A stretch of DNA of 64,000 nt, taken from positions 53,506,001-53,570,000 of the forward strand of contig OX597832.1 in NCBI GenBank assembly GCA_951406725.2, given 5' to 3'. A model generated the notes under the pieces. It searched no databases. It was not told the DNA's origin and saw only the letters and a list, made by a program, of their open reading frames with translations. The translations under genes were made by a program, and so were the position numbers. How positions within the stretch are numbered: position 1 is the first letter of the stretch; each line of letters opens with the position of its first letter. This document shows, in pieces, positions 54,465-64,000 of the stretch. This DNA is from Octopus vulgaris (Eukaryota).

Positions 54465-54849
54465 CAGTTACTGATATATAAATTAGAAAATTATTTTTTT
54501 AATCTCACAACATGAGATATTCAGCAACAACAGTACTTTGTAGTAAAGATTATTTGCCAACATAACATAGCAGTCCTGGTTTAGGACTAATGTTGCTGTA
54601 ATTTAGCCCCAGGAGACATCATTTCCAGCTGGCTATACGATATGATCTGTGTCCTTATATTTTCAAACAAGGGAATCTAGCACCCTCACTCAGCTCAAAA
54701 CGAAATATGTGCATCACAATTTCTGAGTTGTTTCCCTTCATCAGTACAGAATAATTGCTTGGCTAGAGGTGAATTTTTTTTATTAAGATAATTATTATCG
54801 TACACAAGAGGGACAAAACAGGACACTACAAACAATTATTGTTATAATG

Positions 54850-56455
54850 AGCTAGAATAATACTTGTTTTTTAAAAATTTTGGATGATATGTAATTTGAA
54901 TTTTTTGGGGGGTAAAACTTGATGGGCTGAAGAGCTCAGCGACTACACCTTATTCCTTTTCCATGAAGATTAAGCAGGGTCACTTGTACCCACCTTTCTT
55001 ACCACAGCCTTCCATCTTTTGTCAAACACACTTCGCGACAGTCGTCTCCTCTCAAGCCCTATCTTGCTCTTCAGATGATATCTGAAAAGGGTGAGCAATC
55101 CGGGGCCAGAGATGAAGGTTCCTGTCATGAGTCTTTGCAGTCTAGTCTTCCAAACACACTATTTCAACACTGCCACTGTCAGGAGAAAACATACCTCACC
55201 TTCCTTCGAGAGTCCAGTGGGTGGCACAATCTTTATTATAGATTCAGCTGATAGCTGTACTCTGCCTAGGTGTGACAACACATGTTCAATGTAAGCTATC
55301 AAGCCCGAAAGCTTCTGACAGTGTACAAAAGCATGCGAGACAGTTTAATCATCCAGGCCCACATCTTGGACATGTTGGTGGCACTGACATTCTGTGCCTG
55401 GATAACTTATCACGAACAGGTAAAGCGTCCCTGTAGCACTGCCAGGTCAGGAATTTTTGGTAATCATCCAAATACTCCGGCTCAAGAGTCTTTTGGAACA
55501 GGTTGTTAAGTTGGTTCTCATTGAACCCCAGAGCCCCTCCTAGGACGTCATCATTTTAAAACTCTACCAGCCCTCTATACAAAACCGAGGTGGTATTCCC
55601 ACTGCTGGCCTTGCCCATCTTGTGGGTCAAAACAAGCACCTGTCAACACTCCTTTTGCCATTCTGTCAGGTTGCATCTTTTAATAAAACCAAGTTTGAAT
55701 CTCTCTAAAGAGGCTGGTCGCGGGAAGAATTCCGCTGCCAGCGGATTCCACACCTTGTCACCCTCCAGGTAGTGCCAGAGATGTCTCAGCCTCAACACAT
55801 GTTTGCGCATCATAAGCCAGGGCATCCTTAATGGCATCCCTAACCCACCCTTTAGCGGTTCCTGGCAGCGGATGGAGCGCCTTACAAGTTTGTATAGACC
55901 ATCCAGCCCTGGCGACTTGTCCCCAGCACACTTGGCCAACACCTCTTTTACCTCTGCAGGTGTAATCGGTCCTTCACAGCATTCCGCCTCATGTGCAGAG
56001 AGTCGCAGCCCACTGGCGAGGTAGCCCTTTAGAACCTCCCCATGTTCTAGCTCACCACCCGGCGGGCGAAATGCTGGTGAAAGGCCTTCTGCATCTTTTC
56101 CTGTCCATAGATCTTACACCCCTGTTCGTCAGAGGCTTTTCTGCCCCTCTGACACTCCACATGACGGACCCATCTGGCAACATTAATACCTTCTCGTAGC
56201 TTAGCTCTAACTCTACAGCCTTTGTGTTTGGCATTGAGGTGATGGTACAAGATCATTCTCACCGCCAGCACTCTGTCTGCAGAGCTAGATTCCAAAGCCT
56301 CATCTAAATTCTTAACTAATTCCCTTTCTATTCTAGATCTATCTAAACTTAGCTGGCTGCTAAATCTAATAGACTCTAAACGGATTGCTCTCTTGAGGGT
56401 GTGCCACCATCTATTATTAATGATGGTGTCACATAATGCTCCCTGTACTAATTCC
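54850..56455 (-). mobile_element. Tx1/L1-clade LINE relic with internal deletion
   Basis: WWHTLKRAIR linker, DKSPGLDGL at the RT start, and WQCYRDALPVRDKL..TCPRCG..VSHAFVHC zinc knuckle. Confidence 0.75.
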
Positions 56456-57200
56456 TCACTTGAATGTGCCAGTGAGGCAATGCTGGTAATGATCACACTC
56501 GAATGGTGCTTTTTACATGCCACCGGCATGGAAGCCAGTTAGCCGCTCTGGCAACGATCACGCTCAGATGGTGCTCTTAGCGCTCCACTAGCATGGATGG
56601 CAGTCATCAAATTTGATTTTGATTTCACTTGCCTCAACAGATATTCGCAAGCAGAGTTTAGTGCCCAATGAAGGAAAGGTACGCAAAAGTGGGCTGGTTA
56701 CACCCCTGGCATAGGCCACGGGTTATGGTCTCATTTGGCTTGCCGGGTCTTCTCAAGCACAGCATATTTCCAAAGGTCCCGGTCACTAGTCATTGCCTCG
56801 GTGAGGCCCAATGTTCGAAGGTCATGCTTCACCACCTCATCCCAGGTCTTCTTGGGTCTGCCTCTTCCACAGTTTCCCTCAACCACTAGGGTGTGGCACT
56901 TTTTCACACAGCTATCCTCATCCATTCTCGCCACACAACCATACCAGCACAGTCATCTCTTGCACACCACATCTGATGTTTCTTAGGTCTAACTTCTCTC
57001 TCTCAAGGTACTTACACTTTGTCGAGTATGCACACTGACATTACACACTCATCGGATCATACTGGCTTCATTCCTTGCGAGCTTACATATGTCCTCATGT
57101 ATATAAAAAAACATTTGTTTCAATGCAAACTCACATTCATTTTGTTGAAGCTTAACACTTGTGGAATGTTTTTTCAATTATACCATATTCATCATTATAG

Positions 57201-57323
57201 GTTGCCATACAACACTTTGTTTGGTGGTGTTGTAGCAATGAAAAAGGAAGAATTTCGGAAAGTAAATGGTTTTTCCAATCGTTATTTTGGTTGGGGAGGA
57301 GAAGATGATGATCTATATAACAG
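57201..57323 (+). CDS. GT7 glycosyltransferase coding exon 4 (WGGEDDD catalytic motif)
   Basis: Acceptor attatag|, (K)LPYNTLFGGVVAMKKEEFRKVNGFSNRYFGWGGEDDDLYN(R), donor AG|GTAAGA. Phase 2 at both ends. Confidence 0.95.
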
Positions 57324-58615
57324 GTAAGACATTCAATTTATAATTTATGACAGGTGAACTTACCATTTATGTCAGCAATGAATATGTAGGAGCAGATACA
57401 CTTTGAATATTTAGAGAAATTTAAACTGTCCTGACAACAGTTCCATGCACTGGTGTGGTTGTGTGATAAGAAGGTGAGCTGACAGAAATGTTAGCGTGCT
57501 GGGTGAAATGCTTAGCAGTATTTCATCTCCCTTTACGTTCTGAGTTCAAATTCTGCCAAGGTTGACTTTACCTTTCATCCTTTCGGGGTCGACAAATTAA
57601 GTACCAGTTACGCACTGGGGTCGATATAATTGACTTAATCCGTTTGTCTGTCCTTGTTAGTCCATTCTGTGTTTAGCCCCTTGTGAGTAGTAAAGAAATA
57701 GGTATTTCGTCTGCCATTACTTTCTGAGTTCAAATTCTGCCGAGGTTGACTTTACCTTTTATCCTTTCAGGGTCGACAAATTAAGTACCAAATTAAGTAC
57801 CAGTTGTAAAAATATTTATTATCCGTGGTTGCATTGCCTTGTCTGTTATCTTGTTATCTATCCATCATTTCAAATATACATAAAGTAAAATTCAATGCTG
57901 GTAATGATCACACTTGAATGGTGCTTTTTACATGCCACCGGCATGGAAGCCAGTTAGCTGCTCTGTCAACGATCGCGCTCAGATGGTGCTCTTAGCGCTC
58001 CACTAGCATGGATGGCAGTCATCAAATTTGATTTCGATTTCACTTGCCTCAACAGGTATTCGCAAGCAGAGTTTAGTGACAAATGAAGGAAAGGTACGCA
58101 AAAGTGGGCTGGTTACACCCCTGGCATAGGCCACGGGTTATGGTCTCATTTGGCTTGCCGGGTCTTCTCAAGCACAGCATATTTCCAAAGGTCCCGGTCA
58201 CTAGTCATTGCCTCGGTGAGGCCCAATGTTCGAAGGTCATGCTTCACCACCTCATCCCAGGTCTTCCTGGGTCTGCCTCTTCCACAGTTTCCCTGAACCA
58301 CTAGGGTGTGGCACTTTTTCACACAGCTATCCTCATCCATTCTCGCCACACAACCATACCAGCACAGTCATCTCTTGCACACCACATTTGATGTTTCTTA
58401 GGTCCAACTTCTCTCTCTCAAGGTACTTACACTTTGTCGAGTATGCACACTGACATTACACACTCATCGGATCATACTGGCTTCATTCCTTGCGAGCTTA
58501 CATATGTCCTCATGTATATAAAAAAACATTTGTTTCAATGCAAACTCACATTCATTTTGTTGAAGCTTAACACTTGTGGAATGTTTTTTCAATTATACCA
58601 TATTCATCATTATAG

Positions 58616-58733
58616 GTTGCCATACAACACTTTGTTTGGTGGTGTTGTAGCAATGAAAAAGGAAGAATTTCGGAAAGTAAATGGTTTTTCCAATCGTATT
58701 TTGGTTGGGAGACATTCAATTTATAATTTATGA
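58616..58733 (+). pseudogene. Duplicated, damaged copy of exon 4
   Basis: Same acceptor and identical sequence up to ...FSNR, then a 1-nt deletion, loss of GGEDDDLYNR and the donor, and TGA at 58731-58733. Confidence 0.85.
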
Positions 58734-59236
58734 CAGGTGATAATTTATGACAGGTGACCATTTATGTCAAGTAAGACATTCAATTTATAATTTATGACAG
58801 GTGATCTTACCATTTATGTCAGCAATGAATATATAGGAACAGATACACTTTGAATATTTAGAGAAATTTAAACTGTTCTGACAACAGTTTCATGCACAGG
58901 TGTGGTTGTGTGATAAGAAGGTGAGCTGACAGAAATGTTAGCGTGCTGGGTGAAATGCTTAGCAGTATTTCGTCTCCCTTTACGTTCTGAGTTCAAATTC
59001 TGCCGAGGTTGACTTTACCTTTCATCCTTTCGGGGTCGACAAATTAAGTACCAGTTACGCACTGGGGTCGATATAATTGACTTAATCCGTACCAAATTAA
59101 GTACCAGTTGTAAAAGGGTCGACAAATATTTAAGTTATCCGTGGTTGCATTGCCTTGTCTGTTATCTTGTTATCTTCTCCATCATTTCAAATATACATAA
59201 AGTAAAAATAATTGTGTTTGAGTAATTGATAACATA

Positions 59237-59650
59237 CTCTCTCTTTTACTCTTTTACTTGTTTCAGTCATTTGACTGCGGCTATGCTGGAGCACCGCCAT
59301 TAGTCGAGCAAATCGACCCCAGGACTTATTCTTTGTAAGCCCAGTACTTATTCTATCGTCTCTTTTGCCGAACCGCTAAGTGACGGGGACGTAAACACAC
59401 TAGCATCGGTTGTCAAGCAATGCTAGGGGACAAACACAGACACACAAACATATACACACACACTTATATATATATATACATATATACGACAGGCTTCTTT
59501 CAGTTTCTGTCTACCAAATCCACTCACAAGGCATTGGTCAGCCTGGGGCTATAGCAGAAGACACTTGCCCAAGATGCCACGCAGTGGGACTGAACCCGGA
59601 ACCATGTGGTTGGTTAGCAAGCTACTTACCACACAGCCACTCCTGCGCCT
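59237..59650 (-). mobile_element. SINE family A
   Basis: Full-length reverse copy; AACAT on both flanks (possible TSD). Confidence 0.85.
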
Positions 59651-60836
59651 AACATGTTAGTTAAAGTTAATTTTCATTGTTTTATTTATTATTTAGCTTT
59701 ACATTAAACTCTTCTTTTATTTGTATTTGTTTCATATGCGTGTAAACAAATGGATACTTAGGACCTTAATTACTATACCCAGATGAATGTGTAAATATGA
59801 TGCAATTTTCCATAGGTGTATAAAATGCCTTTTGATACGCGATTTATTTGCTATGTATTTTTCTATTTTCTGTTTATAATCATTAAACAATTTGTAGTAT
59901 TTTTTGTAATTTGTATTTGTACAAAGCAGTCACCAATAAAAGTTTTTTGGTTTCAAATAGAAAGAAAGTTCATTCAATACTTTCTCCAAGTGTTCCTTTA
60001 ATATAACAATATTTAGCAGTTATCCCGGAAAATATTTATAGAAAAAAATATCTGGTACTCGACTTGCGCGAATTTCGAATTGCATGTCCCCCAATTACTC
60101 GCGCAAGTCGAGGAATCCCTGTAATTAAATAATTGAAACTTATTGAAGGGTACAACATGACCAACCTAAGCATTCATAAACTGTAGCTCCTCAGTAAGGC
60201 ACCACTGTGTCCTCAACAATGATAGCTAATTCTCCTCCTCAGGAGGTGACATTAGGAATAACAAGCAAGTGTTGAGTGGATGATAAGTAAAGGAGGTAGG
60301 GAAGAGTAGGTGACAACTGCAGAAATTGGAAAGAGTTGAGCGGCTGATGAAAGGATAAGGGTGGGTGGGTGAAGGGGAACCAATTATGATGAGGTAGGTG
60401 AAAAGTAGTGGAATAGTATTGTAGACAGAGGAAAGGTGGGAGAAAGAGAGAGAGAGAGAGAGAGATGATGATGATGAGCGGTTGTTAGTGAGATGATGGG
60501 TGCTGGGGTGTCTTGATGTATAAAGCTATGAATCACACTAGGTAAATATTGGATTAAAAAGCCTTTTTGCTATTAAAAAAAGTGGAACTCAAATAACTTC
60601 ATGATCTCTCAAATGTTATTAAATTCTTATAATGTCAACCATATTTATCGTCATTGTCATCATCATCATCATTTGATATCTCGTTTAGTATACTGCTATG
60701 GGTTGAATGGTTTAACATGAAAGACAAGGAAGGGGGCTGTGCCAAGTTCTAATATCTGCTTTGACATGGTTTCTACAGCTGGATGCCCTTCCTAATGCCA
60801 ATCACTTGACAGAATATATTATATATATATATATAT

Positions 60837-61123
60837 GCGCAATGGCCTAGTGGTTAGGGCAGCGGACTCACGGTCGCAGGATCGCGGTTTCGATTCCCAG
60901 ACCGGGCGTTGTGAGTGTTTATTTAGCGAAAACACCTAAAAGCTCCACGAGGCTCCGGCAGGAGGTGGGTGATCCCTGCTGTACTCTTTCACCACTCTTT
61001 CTTCTGTTGGCCTGCTCGCTTAGCCAGCGGGGTGGCGTCATTCGAAGAAGCTAAAACAATGCGAACACATTGTGACCAGCGATGTGTAGCAACATCTGAT
61101 GGTCTGGTCGGTCACATGATCAC
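60837..61123 (+). mobile_element. SINE family B (tail type 2)
   Basis: Same head and tail type 2. Confidence 0.8.
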
Positions 61124-61356
61124 AATATATATATCCCACCACCCTGCTTCCTCGCACTGTTGTCACTATACCCCCCAATCTCCCCCTCTCCGCTGCCGAG
61201 CGCTCTCTCCTCAGTAAGGGACTCCGCTTCACGCCCCTCACGCGCCACTGTGATGAATTTGAGTTTATATTCCATTCAAAAATGTGACCGCATGTGTACC
61301 GTTGGCGAATTTTTTTCCCCTCTGTCTTCCCTTCTCTGGATCTTTCCTTCTCCTAC

Positions 61357-61391
61357 GTTTCCGACGAAGAGCTCCGCTCGAAACGTTAAAC
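61357..61391 (+). ncRNA. Minimal hammerhead-ribozyme-like motif
   Basis: GTTT-CCGACGA-A-GAGC(TCC)GCTC-GAAA-C-GTT^AAAC. Core deviates from CUGANGA at U4. Confidence 0.45.
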
Positions 61392-61475
61392 CCTCCTTCT
61401 TCCCTTCCTTCCTGAGCGTCCAATAATACTATATTTGTTGCACGTCCTTGCGTTGTTGTGTTTTCATGTTTAGAT

Positions 61476-61537
<62 letters not shown>

Positions 61538-62361
61538 ATTATAATTGAGGGTATCTAAAATAATAATTTTGCTAGTTGATTTGTCTATATGTCTTTTCCC
61601 CTGGTGCTGTATGAATACATGATGTGGTTTTAGAGTCAGGTTCTGATTGCTATCTCTAGCATGGTGGTATCTTTTAGATACCCTTAAATTATAATTTTAA
61701 TATTAATTATTACCTGTAAGGTTTTTATTCCCATGCTGGCCACTTGCTATGATAGGTATTTTAAATAATGATTTTTAACCTTATATATATATATATGTAT
61801 GTGCGTATATGTGTGTGTATGTGCGTACATGTGTGTGTGTGTATGCATGTATGTGTATGTAGGTGTGTAGGCGTGTGTGTATAGGTGTATGTATGTAAGT
61901 ATGTATGGGTGTGTCCGTGTGTGTGTGTGTGTATGCATGTGTGTGTACTGGATGCGTGTGTGTATAGGTGTATGTATGTATGTATGTATGGGTGTGTCCT
62001 TTCTAAAACCAACCATTTTACAGAGTGTGCTAGCTGCTTTTCTGTTTACATGCCACCAGCACAAGTGAGTTTGCCATGCAGCTTGTAAGACTACAAACCC
62101 CTTGATGGAGGGTGGAGGATGGAAGCTTTATGTTGGTGATTGAGGGGATATAGTATGAGAGAGAAAGAGCGAGAGGGGGTGGGGACAGAGCAGATTCTTG
62201 TAGTAGAGCTGCATGATTACCCACATTTTGTAGAAGGAAGAAAGAATGGTCAGTGGGAGCTGCAAAGAGATCATAATATAAAATTGCTTTTTCTCTCAAT
62301 ATATTTCAGTTCATCAATTGCTGATATCAAAAATATTCAGTGAGTGATTTCTATTTTTCAG

Positions 62362-62457
62362 AATTGCTCTTCAGAGCTATAATATTCACCGTCACTCACT
62401 ACTGGTTGCATGCTATACTATGCTGAAACATATTCCAGCAGTGCCAAATAAAGACAG
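62362..62457 (+). CDS. GT7 glycosyltransferase coding exon 5 (MxxH metal-binding loop); not in the ORF track
   Basis: Acceptor tttttcag|, (R)IALQSYNIHRHSLLVACYTMLKHIPAVPNKD(R), donor AG|GTAAAT. MLKH corresponds to M344..H347 of bovine beta4GalT1. No stop, so the final exon is outside the window. Confidence 0.85.
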
Positions 62458-62631
62458 GTAAATATAATTTGAAAAATTTTGATTAGGGAATAGAGAGAAA
62501 AATACCTTTCATTAGTTTGGGGTCAAGGAAATAAGTACCAGTTAAAAACTGAGGTCAATGTAATTGACTATGTCCCTGCTCCAAATTTCAGACATTGAGC
62601 CTATAGTAGAAAGATTATTATTATTATCATT

Positions 62632-62679
<48 letters not shown>

Positions 62680-62905
62680 ATTGCCTTTGCACAGCTTCTA
62701 ACACTGGAGATGTACTACAGTGTCAGCTGTTCACTACCAGTGAACTAAGGTAACACCTCTTATTTTTCAAGCACCTTCCGGAGTATTCGAGCGGTTCCAA
62801 GCAGTGCTGTTTTCTGCAAGTGCTCTGCCCTTATTGCAGCCCCTATTTGTTCCACATACTTCTCGAGATTTTTGCTCACTGTTCCCAGAGCTCTGACAAT
62901 TATTG
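62680..62905 (-). mobile_element. R4/Dong-clade 3' end between (TTA)n tracts
   Basis: IIVRALGTVSKNLEKYVEQIG...LQKTALLGTARILRKVLEK*. Confidence 0.75.
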
Positions 62906-63210
62906 ATTATTGTTATTATTGATATAATTATTATTAAGGCAGGAAGCTGGCAGAATTGTTAGCACGCTGGGCAAAATGATTGACGGCATTTCATCTGACT
63001 TGATCTTCTGAGTTCAAATTCTGCTGTTCTGCTGAGGTCGACTTTGCCTTTCATCCTTTTAGGGCCCATAAATTAAGTACCAGTCAAGTACTGGGGTCGA
63101 TGTAATCGACTATTCTCCCTCCCCCAAAATTGCTGCCCTTGTGGCAAAATTTGGAACCATTATTATTATTATCATTATTTACATAGATATACATAGATAT
63201 ACATTATATA

Positions 63211-64000
63211 TTGGGTCATCCCATAAATAACGTGGTTTTTTTCAATTGCATGAACTAAAAGTCGGAGTGGGGTGGGATTAACTACCTGCATCAACTTGCT
63301 ATAAAACAGGTAGTAATTTTATCTCGTCCTTATTCTTAGGGCAAGTTTTGAAGAATGCAGTTTAAATTTAACAGTTATTTTTTCAAAGCTATAATGGAAG
63401 TGACAAAGTAGCATATTCGGTATATTTTGCTTCATGATTCCAATAAAGGCAACAAAGCAACGGAAAGTGCAAGGAATATTAATACAGTATATGGGGGTCA
63501 GACAATAAACGAAAGCCAGTGTCAACAGTGGTTCCAGAAATTCCGAGCCGGAAACTACAGCCTAGAAGACAAGCCTCATCCTGGGAGATCTGTAAAGCTC
63601 AATGAGGACGTCCTGCAAGCCCTGGTTGGAAAAAAAATCCCATCATACCTGTTGAAGAACTAGCAGAGAAGCTTGGATTTGATCATTCAACCAGTCATTC
63701 AAGTCAGCGCTAGAAGGAAAACGACCATCTTTGGTTTAAGATGAAAGGTGTTCTTCCATCAGGATAATGTTTGGCCACATACAGTAAGGATAACATTCCA
63801 AAGGCTGAAGCAGTTTGAATGGGAAACAATGTCTTACCCACCATATTCGCCAGACCTTGCCTATCTGATTATCATTTATTCCAGTCTTCAAAAACATTTG
63901 AATGGAAAAAATATGAATTCTATAGACGAGGTCAGAAGAGTACTGGGGGAGTATTTTTCATCACGGTCAAGTGAATTTTAGAAGAGGAGCCTTCTGAGTC
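63211..64000 (+). mobile_element. Internally deleted mariner element, running off the window
   Basis: TA|TTGGGTCATCCCATAAATAAC left end; KGNKATESARNINTVYG..QQWFQKFRAG; FFHQDNVWPH and YPPYSPDLA motifs. Confidence 0.88.

Larger units (their letters stand above)
56478..59207. repeat. Tandem segmental duplication, two copies (56478-57890 and 57893-59207)
   Basis: Near-identical blocks offset by 1415 bp (ORFs 56668/58083, 57019/58434). Each contains an RTE fragment, exon 4 and a SINE. Confidence 0.9.

Noticed and set aside
57019-57200. N-terminal extensions of the ORFs overlapping exons 2-4 (also 36984, 50800, 58434)
   Set aside because: Intronic read-through upstream of clear splice acceptors; here partly antisense RTE sequence.

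Overview
AT-rich, microsatellite-dense eukaryotic genomic DNA. It is inferred to be an octopus/coleoid cephalopod from the tRNA-derived SINE families, the RTE LINE tails ending in (GAT)n and the HTGEKPYHCDICGKSFS-type zinc fingers. One host gene spans most of the window on the + strand: a GT7-family beta-1,4-glycosyltransferase (bre-4/B4GALT-like). I can splice five coding exons in frame at GT-AG sites (16599-16770, 37084-37313, 50827-51014, 57201-57323, 62362-62457); the last exon lies beyond the window. Leu at the position equivalent to Tyr289 of bovine beta4GalT1 predicts a GalNAc (LacdiNAc) transferase. The catalytic exon lies in a 1.4-kb tandem duplication whose second copy has lost the WGGEDDD motif. 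The rest is intron or upstream DNA packed with Helitron, Tc1/mariner, piggyBac, hAT, RTE, Tx1, R4/Dong, Penelope-like and SINE relics. It also holds a SINE-split C2H2 zinc-finger pseudogene, a 16-bp minisatellite and a 399-bp satellite. The most unusual signals are hammerhead-ribozyme-like motifs in a dispersed non-coding repeat family, fold-back elements sharing a scaffold but with different stems, a tRNA-like cloverleaf inside a TIR element, and long tail-to-tail inverted repeats in the pre-mRNA. Nearly all long ORFs in the supplied track are microsatellite artefacts. All alignments were done by eye; no database search was run.
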